This document shows, in pieces, positions 20,816 through 31,115 of a stretch of 64,000 nucleotides of DNA. The number at the start of each line of letters is the position of its first letter. Positions within the stretch are counted from its first letter, which is position 1. Source of the DNA: Candidatus Hydrogenedentota bacterium (lineage in GTDB: Bacteria; Hydrogenedentota; Hydrogenedentia; Hydrogenedentales; JAEUWI01); contig JAXMOL010000025.1 of assembly GCA_034669905.1 (NCBI GenBank), positions 32,001 to 96,000 on the forward strand, in the 5' to 3' direction. A model generated the notes under the pieces. It saw nothing but the letters and a program-made list of their open reading frames with translations. It was not told the DNA's origin and made no database searches. The position numbers and the translations under genes were made by a program.

Positions 20816-21754
20816 CTACACGATCTTCTTTTTCTTCTTCGCCGCAGCACCCTTCTTCCCCTTGGGAAACACAATCGAGTTCTCCACCCGATCATCAATG
20901 CAGGCCAGGAGGAAGTCGATGAAGCGTTGGGCGTAGGGGTTGGCCCCCTCGTCGCGGACGTAGCTCATCACCGCAGTGTTGGGCAGGGGCGGCAACCCAT
21001 CGTCAAGAATGGGCATCTCCTCCAGCACCGCCGATCGGGGCAACACACTCACGCCCAGGCCCGCGCGGATAGCCGATTGGACGGCCTGGACGGCATTCGC
21101 ATCGATGGACATTTTCCAGGGACGTCCTATCGTGGTAAGGGCGTCGAAGGCAATCTGCCGATAGCTGCACGGCGGATGCATAAGCACCAGCTCGACCGGG
21201 GTGTCCTCGTCCTCCTCCCCCTCCCAGGAGCCGGTCCAGACCAGTTGCTCTTCCCAGAGCACCTTGCCGTAGCCCGCTTCCGGGCCAGCAAAGACCACGT
21301 CCAGTTCGTCTTTCTCCAGGGCCTCCAGCAGGCTCCCCCCCAGACCCAGCACCAGGCTCAGGTCGCAGTTGGGATGAGCACGACGAAAACGGGCCAGCAG
21401 GGTGTGGAGATGCTGGGGCGCGAGATATTCGGCAAAGCCCACGCGCAGCAGGGTGGCGTCGTCGGGCGCGGTGACGGCGAGGAAGGCCTCATCCGCCAAA
21501 TCCAGAATCCGCCGGGCGTAACTCACAAAAGTCTCCCCCGCGGGCGTCAGCGAAAGTGAACGGCTGTTGCGCTCCACGAGTTTGGTGCCCAGCTTGTCTT
21601 CCAACTTTGCGATTTGCAGGCTTACGGCCGATTGGGTCCGGTAGATCCGCTTGGCCGCCGCCGAAAAACTCCCCTCCTCCACCACGGCCACCAGGGCCCG
21701 GAGGCAGATAAGGTCCGTATCCAACTTAAATTGCATTGCATTCGATTTGCTCAT
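20816..21754 (-). CDS. LysR-family transcriptional regulator (start uncertain)
   Basis: EEGSFSAAAKRIYRTQSAVSLQIAKLE...LTPAGE; divergent from the oxidoreductase operon. Confidence 0.93.
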   Translation of the reverse strand: MSKSNAMQFKLDTDLICLRALVAVVEEGSFSAAAKRIYRTQSAVSLQIAKLEDKLGTKLVERNSRSLSLTPAGETFVSYARRILDLADEAFLAVTAPDDATLLRVGFAEYLAPQHLHTLLARFRRAHPNCDLSLVLGLGGSLLEALEKDELDVVFAGPEAGYGKVLWEEQLVWTGSWEGEEDEDTPVELVLMHPPCSYRQIAFDALTTIGRPWKMSIDANAVQAVQSAIRAGLGVSVLPRSAVLEEMPILDDGLPPLPNTAVMSYVRDEGANPYAQRFIDFLLACIDDRVENSIVFPKGKKGAAAKKKKKIV

Positions 21755-21904
21755 AGGTACCATTCCAATTAATCGTTTTACTTATTCCTGATCGCAGTAT
21801 ATACTCCCATTCAGAAGCAGTCAACCACCCCGCTGGACCGAAGCAACGCCGAAAGCGGGCTCCGAAAAACGGCTCCACAACACGTACCGAGGAGGATATG
21901 GATT

Positions 21905-22915
21905 ATGAAAGCTATTGGATACACCCAGGCAGGCCCCATCACGGCGGACAACGCCCTCATTGACTTCGACGCCGAGAAACCGTCGGTAGGTCCCCGCGAC
22001 CTCCTGGTGGAAGTGAAAGGTATTTCGGTTAACCCCGTGGACGTAAAGGTCCGCGCGGCCATGGCGCCCGAGTCGGGCACCAAGATCATCGGCTATGACG
22101 CCGCCGGCACGGTTCGAGAAGTCGGCAAAGACGTGAGCACCTTCAAGGTCGGTGATGACGTCTTCTACGCAGGCGATCTCACCCGCCCCGGCACCAATTC
22201 CGAGTTTCATGTGGTGGATGAGCGCATCGTCGGGAAAAAACCCCAATCCCTCGACTTTCCGGAGGCCGCCGGTTTTCCCCTCACCTCCATCACCGCGTGG
22301 GAACTGCTCTTTGACACCTTCGGCGTAAAGGAAGGGGAAGGCCAGGGCGAAAGCCTCCTGGTGATTGGCGGCGCCGGTGGCGTGGCATCCATCCTCATTC
22401 AGCTGGCCAAAAAGCTGACGGGCCTCACGGTCATCGCCACGGGCTCCCGTCCTGACACGACCGAGTGGGTGAAAAAGATGGGCGCCGATCACGTCATCAA
22501 CCACCGCGAGTCCCTCGCCGACCAGATGAAAGCGTTGGACATCCAGCCCCGTTACGTGGCCTCGTTGAACGGCACGGATGGCCACTTCGCCTCCATCCTC
22601 GAGCTCATCAAACCCCGCGGGCATGTGGCCTTCATCGATGACCCGGAAACCCTGGACATCAAGGCGGGCAAAATGAAGGCCCTCAGCTTCAGCTGGGAGT
22701 TCATGTTCACCCGCTCCATGTTCGAGACCGACGATATGGCGGCGCAGCAGGACCTGTTGAACCGCGTCTCCGCCCTCATTGACGACGGCACGCTGATTTC
22801 CACCGTCACCAAGAATCTCGGCCCCCTCACCGCAGCAACGCTCATTGCCGCCCACGAAGAACAGGAAGGCGGCCGTGTCATCGGCAAGAATGTACTGGGT
22901 GGATTTGAAGCGTAG
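21905..22915 (+). CDS. Zinc-type alcohol dehydrogenase-like/quinone oxidoreductase (MDR)
   Basis: [43 protein letters not shown]. Confidence 0.92.
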   Translation: MKAIGYTQAGPITADNALIDFDAEKPSVGPRDLLVEVKGISVNPVDVKVRAAMAPESGTKIIGYDAAGTVREVGKDVSTFKVGDDVFYAGDLTRPGTNSEFHVVDERIVGKKPQSLDFPEAAGFPLTSITAWELLFDTFGVKEGEGQGESLLVIGGAGGVASILIQLAKKLTGLTVIATGSRPDTTEWVKKMGADHVINHRESLADQMKALDIQPRYVASLNGTDGHFASILELIKPRGHVAFIDDPETLDIKAGKMKALSFSWEFMFTRSMFETDDMAAQQDLLNRVSALIDDGTLISTVTKNLGPLTAATLIAAHEEQEGGRVIGKNVLGGFEA

Positions 22916-22958
22916 ACGCCTTGGCTGCCGAAAACGACCAATACGGGAAGGATAACGA

Positions 22959-23780
22959 ATGGAAAAGACGATACTGATTACCGGGGCCACCGATGGAATC
23001 GGTCTGGAGACGGCCCGTGTGCTGGCTTCCGGTGGCCATCATATCCTTCTCCACGGACGTAATCCCGCCAGGCTGAAGGCGACGCACGAGGCCCTTTCCA
23101 CACTCACACCCGACACAACAATCGACATCGTCGAGGCGGATCTATCCCGCCTCGACGCGGTCGAGGAAATGGCCGCATACATAACGAGGCACTATGACCG
23201 GCTCGATGTCTTGATCAACAACGCGGGTGTCTACCGTAGCACTCCGGTCAGGACGGTCGACGGCCTCGATATACGCTTTGCCGTAAACACAATTGCACCC
23301 TATCTACTCACCAATCGCCTCCTTCCGCTCCTTGGCCCGACGGCACGGGTGCTCAACGTCTCTTCGGCGGCCCAGTCTCCCGTCCACCTGGAAGCGCTCT
23401 CGGGCGCGATGGATCTTTCGGACGGACACGCCTATGCGCAGAGTAAACTCGCACTCACCATGTGGTCTGTCCAGATGGGACGCACCGTGGCAGAGTCTGG
23501 CCCCATGGTGCTGGCCATCAACCCCGGCTCCATGCTGGGAAGCAAAATGGTAAGAGAGGCCTTCGGTGTCGACGGTGCAGACATCGGTATCGGCGCGGCC
23601 ATATTATGTCGAGGCGCCCTGTCCGACGAGTTTTCCCATGCAACCGGCCAGTATTACGACAACGATAGGGGCACGTTCGCCTCGCCCCACCCCGATGCCC
23701 TGGACGAAACGAAATCGAAACGGCTTACCCAACGAATAGAAGAAATAGTGACCCGAAAGCCAGGCGCTCTCAGCCGATAG
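22959..23780 (+). CDS. SDR oxidoreductase
   Basis: TGATDGIG, NNAG, YAQSK. Confidence 0.92.
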   Translation: MEKTILITGATDGIGLETARVLASGGHHILLHGRNPARLKATHEALSTLTPDTTIDIVEADLSRLDAVEEMAAYITRHYDRLDVLINNAGVYRSTPVRTVDGLDIRFAVNTIAPYLLTNRLLPLLGPTARVLNVSSAAQSPVHLEALSGAMDLSDGHAYAQSKLALTMWSVQMGRTVAESGPMVLAINPGSMLGSKMVREAFGVDGADIGIGAAILCRGALSDEFSHATGQYYDNDRGTFASPHPDALDETKSKRLTQRIEEIVTRKPGALSR

Positions 23781-23862
23781 CATGTCGCGTTCTTCCGAGA
23801 GCCCATCCCAATCACATTGGGCACCAATTACGCTGACGTCATACCCACATGGAGGAAACACG

Positions 23863-24861
23863 ATGAAACAATATAAAATCGAACCCGGCAAAAAGTCCCT
23901 CAAGCAAGAAGACATCCCTGAACGGGAACTCGGCCCCCACGACGTAAAGGTCCGCATCCATGCGGCGTCCTTAAACTACCGCGACATCCTCAATCTCCAA
24001 TCCAACCGGGAAGCCATCGTTCCCTTTTCCGATGGGGCCGGTGAAGTTGTGGAAACCGGCAGTGCGGTCCGCAGCCTGGCCGCAGGCGACCGGGTGGTGG
24101 GCCTCTTTTTCCCGCTCTGGATGGATGGCCCCATCGAAAAGGGCATCAACGATGTGGCCCGTGGGGGTGGCGCCACCGATGGTATGCTGGCCGAAGTCGT
24201 CGTCGGAAACGAAAACAGCTTCCTGCCCTTTCCGAAGCAGCTCAGTTACGAGGAGGCCGCCACCCTGCCCTGTGCGGGACTGACCGCCTGGCACGCCCTC
24301 TTCGAACACGCTCAGCCGGCCCAACCGGGACAAACCGTGTTGATTCAGGGCACGGGTGGTGTCTCGACCTTCGCCCTTCAGATTGCCGTCGCCCATGGCC
24401 TCAAGACCATTGTAATCTCGAGCTCCGACGAGAAGTTGGCGCGGGTGAAACAGATGGGCGCCACCCACACCCTCAATTACCGCACCACCCCCGATTGGGA
24501 AAAGGCCGTGTGGGAACTCACCGACAAAAAAGGTGTCGATATCGTTCTGGAAGTCGGCGGTGCGGGCACCCTGGAGAAATCCATGAAGGCCGTGAAGTAT
24601 GGCGGGGTCATCAGCCTCATCGGGGTCCTTTCCGGTCTGGACGGCACCATCAATCCCCTCCACATCCTCGGCAAGAGCCTCCGGGTCTTTGGCATCTATG
24701 TGGGCAGCCGGGCCATGCAATCCCGCTTCCACACCGCCCTCACCACCCATGGACTCACCCCCATCGTCGACCGGGTCTTCGACTTCGACGCCGCGGCGGA
24801 CGCCTATACCTACCAGCAATCCGGCAAGCACTTCGGCAACGTGGTCGTGAAGTGCAGTTAA
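23863..24861 (+). CDS. NAD(P)-dependent MDR alcohol dehydrogenase
   Basis: [41 protein letters not shown]. Confidence 0.92.
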   Translation: MKQYKIEPGKKSLKQEDIPERELGPHDVKVRIHAASLNYRDILNLQSNREAIVPFSDGAGEVVETGSAVRSLAAGDRVVGLFFPLWMDGPIEKGINDVARGGGATDGMLAEVVVGNENSFLPFPKQLSYEEAATLPCAGLTAWHALFEHAQPAQPGQTVLIQGTGGVSTFALQIAVAHGLKTIVISSSDEKLARVKQMGATHTLNYRTTPDWEKAVWELTDKKGVDIVLEVGGAGTLEKSMKAVKYGGVISLIGVLSGLDGTINPLHILGKSLRVFGIYVGSRAMQSRFHTALTTHGLTPIVDRVFDFDAAADAYTYQQSGKHFGNVVVKCS

Positions 24862-24893
24862 CCACACACCACGCAGACAGGAGAGTTTTCACC

Positions 24894-25769
24894 ATGAAAC
24901 GACAGGCCGCAACGATTACCGCCGCATTCGCCGCCCTCTGTGGCGCTGCCCTCTATACCACCGACAGCCTCGCCCGGGATGCCACCCCCGATCCCGAGTT
25001 GGTCGTAACGTCCGACATTGAATGGGGCCCTCTCAATCCCGCACGGGGCAACAAGGGTCCAAAGGCCGGCACCCTCTGGGGTGATCGCACCGCAGAAGGA
25101 CCCTCGGGATTCCTCGTGGAATTCGCCGACGGCTTCGCGTCGCCCCCCCACATTCACAATGTCACCTACCGGGGCGTGGTCATCCGCGGTCTCGTCCACA
25201 ATGATGACCCGAATGCGGCCGAAATGTGGATGCCACCAGGCTCCTTCTGGACCCAGCCCGTGGGCGAGGAGCACATTACGGCGGGCAAAGGCGGAAAGAG
25301 CCTCGCCTACATCGAGATCGAAAAGGGGCCCTACCTCGTCCGCCCTTCCGAAGAGGCCTATGACAGTGGCGAGCGTCCCGTAAACGTTGACCCCTCAAAT
25401 ATCGTGTGGCTCGATGCGTCCAATCTGCGCGCTATCGAAGCCAGCGCTCCATCGGATGGCCCCGAGCTCGCCTACCTTTGGGGCAACCCCCAGGACAATC
25501 AACGGAACGGAACCCTCGTCAAACTCCCCGCCGGATTCTCCGGCACGCTGCGCAGCCAGGGAACCAGTTTTCGGGCGGTGGTCATCGAGGGGCAGCCCCG
25601 GTTTCACACGCCGGACAAGAGTACAGCCACATCCCTGGAACCGGGAAACTATTTTGGCGGCGAGGGCAAGCGGGAATTCACGCTTTCCACGGAAGCAAAT
25701 AACGCCACCATCCTCTATGTACGGGCCGAAGGGAACTATGACATTCTCGCGACGCCGACCGCGGAGTAA
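24894..25769 (+). CDS. DUF4437-type secreted cupin protein
   Basis: [33 protein letters not shown]...HNDDP...[14 protein letters not shown]. Confidence 0.85.
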   Translation: MKRQAATITAAFAALCGAALYTTDSLARDATPDPELVVTSDIEWGPLNPARGNKGPKAGTLWGDRTAEGPSGFLVEFADGFASPPHIHNVTYRGVVIRGLVHNDDPNAAEMWMPPGSFWTQPVGEEHITAGKGGKSLAYIEIEKGPYLVRPSEEAYDSGERPVNVDPSNIVWLDASNLRAIEASAPSDGPELAYLWGNPQDNQRNGTLVKLPAGFSGTLRSQGTSFRAVVIEGQPRFHTPDKSTATSLEPGNYFGGEGKREFTLSTEANNATILYVRAEGNYDILATPTAE

Positions 25770-25880
25770 CCGCGGCACACCGACAGCGTTGTCCCCTGAA
25801 TATAGCCAGCGTCATGGCACCATAAGGGCTGTTGCGTCCCCAATGTGCCACACTAGCTCTTGAGATAAGGACTCTGAACC

Positions 25881-26045
25881 ATGACCACCAAAAAACAGTT
25901 TGGGCCTAAGGGCTGGACACCGGATCAACTCGGCTCCCTCACGGGCAAAACGTACCTCATCACCGGTGCCAATGCCGGGGCGGGGTTTGAAGCCACGCGG
26001 GTCTTTCTCTCCAAAGGCGCAAGGGTGGTGATGATGATCCACAAC
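25881..26045 (+). pseudogene. Truncated SDR oxidoreductase
   Basis: FGPKGWTPDQLGSLTGKTYLITGANAGAGFEA...; SDR-like sequence stops after about 52 codons, where the repeat element begins (26046). Confidence 0.8.
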
Positions 26046-26249
26046 GGGACTGTCAACTCTTCCGCCCCAGGCGGAAATGGGACTGTACCGGCAGTATCCC
26101 TTGTCGCCGGGCAACTATCACCAACCCAACGCCATCCATCACGGCCGGGACAGCCTCACGCATGGACACCCACTGCCCCAGCCAACGAAGCACCCCGGGT
26201 CACCGTCATCGGACCAATCGGTAGGCCATTCGTGCGTGAAGGCAGTCCC
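26046..26249 (+). mobile_element. Complete tripartite REPIN-like element
   Basis: Lead GGGACTGTCAACTCTTCCGCCCCAGGCGGAA, M1 at 26079, M2 at 26141, M3 at 26234. Confidence 0.85.
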
Positions 26250-26356
26250 ACGTGTCGCGGCGTAGCAGCCCTCCCAAGCGTAGAAAAAATCACCCCCACC
26301 TCCCATCGCGTGTCTGGTGCGGTGAGAAGCGGGGGCGATAGGGATGAGAAACACTA

Positions 26357-27145
26357 TCAGTCCTGTGCTTGCAGGATACCCACGAGCTCGGTCAAATTAT
26401 TCACTACGTAGTCCGGCCGTTCGACATTCGGGTACAGCGTGGCGCCCGGACGGGCAATAAAGGCCGTCTGTAGCCCCACGTTTTTCGCACCCGCCAGGTC
26501 CCAGGCGTGGGCGGCCACCATCAGGACTTCTTCCGGTTTTACGCCAAGGTCATCCAGGACCATCTGATAGGTCTCCGGATGGGGCTTATATTTCTTGATG
26601 CTTTCAATGGTGTAGCGCTTTTCAAAGAAATGGGTCAGCCCGGCGTTCTTGAACTGGGTCTCCACCCCGGCAGCCGACGAGTTGGTGAGGCTGACAATCC
26701 GATACCCGTCTTTCGCAAGGACGGCCAGGCCCGATTTCACATCGGGGTGGGGCGGAAGGGAGCGCAGGGGCGTGACGATGGCCGTCTTGGCCTCGTCATA
26801 ACTCATCTCGATGCCCTGCTTCTCGGCGACCATCATCAAGGCCGCCGTACCGATCTCGCCGAAGCCATGGTAATTATCACTCAACGTCTCCACGAGTGAA
26901 TAGTGCAGCATCGTGGAGAACCACAGGGGCAGCAAATCTTCCCGCCCATCGAGCACCTCCCCCACCGAGCTTTTCAGCGCAGCGAGGTCAAGCAGGGTTT
27001 CGTTCACGTCGAAAATGATGACGCTGGGTTTCAGCATGGGCTTCTCCCTATCCGGGTGGGCGTTGACGTCTTCCGCATACACGCGGGCCATGACGAGCAA
27101 GGCGAGGGCCGCAACGGACCAATGGAGCAGGCTCTTTCGGGTCAT
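26357..27145 (-). CDS. Haloacid dehalogenase type II with N-terminal signal-like peptide
   Basis: FDVNETLLD, LTNS, YKPHP, VAAHAWDLAGA. Confidence 0.9.
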   Translation of the reverse strand: MTRKSLLHWSVAALALLVMARVYAEDVNAHPDREKPMLKPSVIIFDVNETLLDLAALKSSVGEVLDGREDLLPLWFSTMLHYSLVETLSDNYHGFGEIGTAALMMVAEKQGIEMSYDEAKTAIVTPLRSLPPHPDVKSGLAVLAKDGYRIVSLTNSSAAGVETQFKNAGLTHFFEKRYTIESIKKYKPHPETYQMVLDDLGVKPEEVLMVAAHAWDLAGAKNVGLQTAFIARPGATLYPNVERPDYVVNNLTELVGILQAQD

Positions 27146-27261
27146 AAGGCATTCCTTCTTGGATTGATTGATTCGATCAGTTGGTGGGCCGGCTCAGCGA
27201 CCGGAAACAGCCCCCGCCTTCGCGGGGTTGAGCCGTCCAAAAGGGTGCGGTGTACAGGGAC

Positions 27262-28014
27262 TCAGACAAGACTCTCCTGCCGGTCAGGCGTGATAACGTT
27301 CATGGCGAAGCTTTCATACGCCGCGCCAATCCGCTCCGCCTTGGGATCGGGCCACACGAGGAAACGCTCCTCGGCAAGGGCATCAAATAGATCCACCGCG
27401 ACCACCGAAGCGGGCACGGCCACATCCCCGAATCCGGCATTTTCCGCCATGTCGGTCTTGATGGGACCCGGGTGAACACTCACCACCACCGTGCCCTGTT
27501 CCCGCAAGGAATCCCGCAGGCCCTGGGTGATGGCGTAACTCGCCGCCTTGGAGGCACAGTAGGTGGCGATAGTTTCCATGGTCCGGACCGATGCAACGCT
27601 GTTGAGCTGTACCAGCGCCCCACCGCCATTCGCCTTCAGCACAGGGGCGAAGGCCTGGGCAACCCGAATCAGGCCATAGACATTGCTTTCCATCTCAAAC
27701 TGCAGGGTGTCGATGGCATCGGCATCTAAGGCCGTGCGCATTTTCATCACACCCGCATTGTTCACCACCACGTCCACATCGCTGGCCGCTTTCGGAGCTG
27801 CTATGATGGAAGCCGGGTCATTGAGGTCAACACGAATGGGCACCACCCGCGCCCCGTGTTTCGCCACCAGGGGGGCCGCCGTGTCGACGTTACGCACCGC
27901 CGCATAGACCTTGGCCGCACCGCGATGGAGGGCCTCTTCCACAATGGCCTTCCCGATTCCACGGTTGGCGCCGGCTACCAATACAATTTTTTCTTCCAGA
28001 TTAAAGGCCATCAC
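27262..28014 (-). CDS. SDR oxidoreductase
   Basis: AGANRGIG, NNAG, YCASK. Confidence 0.92.
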   Translation of the reverse strand: MMAFNLEEKIVLVAGANRGIGKAIVEEALHRGAAKVYAAVRNVDTAAPLVAKHGARVVPIRVDLNDPASIIAAPKAASDVDVVVNNAGVMKMRTALDADAIDTLQFEMESNVYGLIRVAQAFAPVLKANGGGALVQLNSVASVRTMETIATYCASKAASYAITQGLRDSLREQGTVVVSVHPGPIKTDMAENAGFGDVAVPASVVAVDLFDALAEERFLVWPDPKAERIGAAYESFAMNVITPDRQESLV

Positions 28015-28062
28015 AAGCTCCTCCGGTTTTGTCGCTTCGGGAAAATGAACAGGCAGATACCG

Positions 28063-28626
28063 TCAGCTGGCCTGATCGCCATCGGGCGTCCAGGCATTCT
28101 TGGCGAACACCGTGTCCACGGGCGTTTGGGCCACGTGATTGGTGTAATTCGACAGCACTTTGTAGGCAGTGCCCAAGACGACGTCCAGGACATTTTCCTT
28201 TGTATAGCCCGCCGCGAGAAAGGCTTCGATGTCGCCATCTTCCGGCCAGCCACGGCTCAGGTTCACCTTCTCCGCATAGACCCGGAGGGCTTCCAACTTG
28301 GGGTCGGCGATGGGCGTACCCTCGCGAAGGGCGGCAATGACATCTTCCGGAACCTTCGCCCCGTGCATGATCGTCGTGTGGGCGGCCATGCAATAGGTAC
28401 AGCCATTGAGCCGGTTGTTGGTCATGGCAATGATCTGACGTTCGGTTTCGCTGAGTTTCGTCTTTCCAAAAATCTCCGCCAGCGACTGATAGCCCTCCAG
28501 TAGCGCAGGCGATTCCGCCATGACGGCGTGGAGATTCGGAATAAAACCGTAGCTCTTCAGGCTCTTTTCCAACCGGGCCTTGCTTTCACCGGCGGTCTCA
28601 ATGGTGTGAATATTAAAGTCTGTCAT
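28063..28626 (-). CDS. Carboxymuconolactone decarboxylase/AhpD-family protein
   Basis: GFIPNL, NGCTYCMAAH, SNYTNH. Confidence 0.9.
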   Translation of the reverse strand: MTDFNIHTIETAGESKARLEKSLKSYGFIPNLHAVMAESPALLEGYQSLAEIFGKTKLSETERQIIAMTNNRLNGCTYCMAAHTTIMHGAKVPEDVIAALREGTPIADPKLEALRVYAEKVNLSRGWPEDGDIEAFLAAGYTKENVLDVVLGTAYKVLSNYTNHVAQTPVDTVFAKNAWTPDGDQAS

Positions 28627-28640
28627 CGGCTTCGCTCCTC

Positions 28641-28666
28641 TTGTTTTGACCAAACGGTCTAAACAA
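28641..28666. promoter_or_regulatory. TetR operator 1
   Basis: Imperfect palindrome TTGTTTTGACCAAACGGTCTAAACAA next to the AhpD SD. Confidence 0.7.
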
Positions 28667-28751
28667 CGTCCAAAAAAAGAAGGACCCGGCGTCCTCGTGG
28701 GGTAACACTACCCGACGAGGCCCAACGCCCTACCCATTCATACTACCATAT

Positions 28752-28769
28752 TTTGACCAATTGGTCAAA
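28752..28769. promoter_or_regulatory. TetR operator 2
   Basis: Perfect palindrome TTTGACCAATTGGTCAAA. Confidence 0.8.
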
Positions 28770-28812
28770 GGTACCACAAAAAAAAGTATCGACCAACCCG
28801 GGAGATACCGCC

Positions 28813-29394
28813 TTACCCAATCAGACCTTTCGCCGATTCGGCCATCTGCTGCAACGGCCCTTCGCCCACCACCCCACGACCCAACACACGAATACCCACC
28901 AGAAAGGCCAAAAGGGCATTGGCCGTGGCGACCGGCTCCACCGTCTCGGGGATGTCCCCCCGGGTCTGCCCCCGCTCGATGAGCCGCTCAAAGAAATCCG
29001 TCAACTCCTTAAAGGCCGCCGTCACCACCTCCCGCGCCGCCTCCGTGTGCTGGGCATAGTCCAACGACGTATTCACCAACATGCAGCCCCGGCGATGGGG
29101 ATCGGACAGCGAAGTCTCCACAATCCGGTCAAAAAATCGATAGATCCCCTCCCGGGGATCATCCAGAGACTCCAACTGACGCAGCATCTTCCGACGCCGC
29201 TCGTTGTCATACTTCAACAAGGCCTGGAGAAAAAGGTCCTCCTTCCCATTGAACGCATTATAAAGACTGCCCCGTTTAATCCCCGTGGCCGCCGTAATAT
29301 CCGAAATCGACGTCGCCGCATAGCCCTTTTCCCAGAAAAGCGCCATCGTTTTCTCGATGACATCTGATTCTTCAAAGGTCTTTTCCCAGGGCAT
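28813..29394 (-). CDS. TetR/AcrR-family regulator (NemR/ComR-like)
   Basis: FWEKGYAATSISDI...GSLYNAFNGKEDLF, RGCMLVN. Confidence 0.93.
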   Translation of the reverse strand: MPWEKTFEESDVIEKTMALFWEKGYAATSISDITAATGIKRGSLYNAFNGKEDLFLQALLKYDNERRRKMLRQLESLDDPREGIYRFFDRIVETSLSDPHRRGCMLVNTSLDYAQHTEAAREVVTAAFKELTDFFERLIERGQTRGDIPETVEPVATANALLAFLVGIRVLGRGVVGEGPLQQMAESAKGLIG

Positions 29395-29449
29395 GGCGCA
29401 CTTCCTCAATGACGTAACGTGGTTTCGCGATGCCCAATTGTACCGCAAC

Positions 29450-29465
29450 TTGACCTATTGGTCAA
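29450..29465. promoter_or_regulatory. TetR operator 3 (autoregulation)
   Basis: TTGACCTATTGGTCAA upstream of tetR. Confidence 0.75.
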
Positions 29466-29625
29466 AACAAACTCCATAGGAACCAGCCCCAGGTTGAATT
29501 CTCACCTGTCAACGCACGCTATCCACGGTCAACCGTCCACTATCAACGCCGTTCCGTGCAACCAGCCCCCGCTCCGCACTATAATGGACCTTCGAAACCT
29601 TCGTCTTCTACCCTCGGGGATACCC

Positions 29626-30819
29626 ATGTTCAACGCCAATCGCATCCTCAGTTATTGCACCAACGTCCACGCGGGCAACGACTATGCCTCTACGCTGAAA
29701 AACCTCGAAACCTATGCCGTCGCGGTGAAGGCCCTGGTCTCGCCCCATGCGCCTATGGGCGTGGGCCTTTGGCTACCCGCCTCGACCGCCCGGGAAATCA
29801 TCGACAACGACCGCATTGCCGAGCTCCGTGATTGGTTGGATGCCCGCGGCCTGTGCGTGGTCACCATGAACGGCTTCCCCTATGGCGATTTTCATCAGAC
29901 CGTGGTGAAGCACGAGGTCTATAAGCCCACCTGGGCCGACGAAGAGCGGCTGGACTACACCATGCAGCTCGTCCGCATTCTGGGCGGACTCCTGCCGAAG
30001 GACGCCTCCGGCAGCATCTCCACCCTCCCCATCGGCTGGCCCACCGATTCCGACAACGACCGGGACAACGACCGGCTGCGGGCGGCCGGAGGCCAACAGC
30101 TCCTCAAGCTCGCCGACTTTCTCGCCCGGGAAGAAGCGGCCACGGGCCATTGCATCCACATCGACATCGAGCCCGAGCCGGGCTGTCTCATTGACACCAC
30201 GGGCGGCATGATCGACTTTTTCGAGGCGCACCTCTTCCCGGGGAACGACAAGGCCCACGTCGCGCGCTTCCTCCGGGTCTGCCATGATGTGTGCCACGCC
30301 GCCGTCATCGGGGAAGCGCAGCAGCCCGTGTTGAAGGCGTACCGCGATGCCGGGATACGCATTGGCAAGGTCCAGCTTTCCTCCGCCGTATCCGTGGATT
30401 TCGCTGCGCTGGCCGAGGAAGACCGTAGCGAGGCCCTCAGCCAATTGGGCCAATTCCAGGAACCCCGCTATCTGCACCAGACCATGGTCGATGACGAAGA
30501 GCAGGGCTATGGACTGCTCTATGAAGACCTGCCCGAAGCCCTGGAGGCCATGGCAAGCCAGCAGTTGGAGGGGCTGTCTCTATGCACCCACTTCCATGTG
30601 CCCCTCTTCCTTCGGGAGATCGGGCTCTTGACGGCCACGCAAGATGATGTGTTGGAATGCCTGGAGGGCATTGATTCGCTGACGGACTGCGAGCACATCG
30701 AGGTGGAAACCTACGCCTGGAACGTGTTGCCCCCGGAGTTGCAGGTCGAAAACCTGGCCGAGGGCATCGCCAAAGAAATGCAGTGGGTGCTGGACGCGAC
30801 GAGTGGTTCAAAAGCGTGA
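29626..30819 (+). CDS. eboE: EboE-like TIM-barrel metabolite traffic protein
   Basis: LSYCTNVH, MGVGLWL, TMNGFPYGDFH..VVKHEVYKPTW, EPEPGC, DVCH, EPRYLHQ, HFHVP, EVETYAW; TATAAT at 29580. Confidence 0.92.
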   Translation: MFNANRILSYCTNVHAGNDYASTLKNLETYAVAVKALVSPHAPMGVGLWLPASTAREIIDNDRIAELRDWLDARGLCVVTMNGFPYGDFHQTVVKHEVYKPTWADEERLDYTMQLVRILGGLLPKDASGSISTLPIGWPTDSDNDRDNDRLRAAGGQQLLKLADFLAREEAATGHCIHIDIEPEPGCLIDTTGGMIDFFEAHLFPGNDKAHVARFLRVCHDVCHAAVIGEAQQPVLKAYRDAGIRIGKVQLSSAVSVDFAALAEEDRSEALSQLGQFQEPRYLHQTMVDDEEQGYGLLYEDLPEALEAMASQQLEGLSLCTHFHVPLFLREIGLLTATQDDVLECLEGIDSLTDCEHIEVETYAWNVLPPELQVENLAEGIAKEMQWVLDATSGSKA

Positions 30820-30858
30820 CCGCACCGCTTTCGTAAGCCAGACGAGTCCCCCACCTGG

Positions 30859-31058
30859 TGGTGTGAATTAGAATTGCGGACATTTAAGTTCTCTGGAACC
30901 GGTGAGAAGATTGGTATTGAATTCCCCTCCTGGGAGGGTCGCAGATGCGCCGTGGCCGATTAGGGGTGGGTTGAGTCTACTTTCGGGCATGGACCCACCC
31001 CCGGCCCCTCCAAGGAGGGGAGTAATCCTCAGTAAATTGGTTAATTCAGGCTGCCGTA
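30859..31058 (+). repeat. About 200-bp dispersed MITE/REP-like element, copy 1
   Basis: Matches 50789-50968; internal inverted repeat CCCCTCCTGGGAGGG...AGGGGTGGG / CCCACCCCCGGCCCCTCCAAGGAGGGG. Confidence 0.85.
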
Positions 31059-31115
31059 ATAATGGCCCATCTGCTTGAATCAAACCACTAGCAACCATTC
31101 GGAACGCGTTAGATC

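Noticed and set aside
25881..26411. 176-aa ORF as an intact gene
   Set aside because: Only about 52 codons look like SDR; the rest reads through the repeat element.
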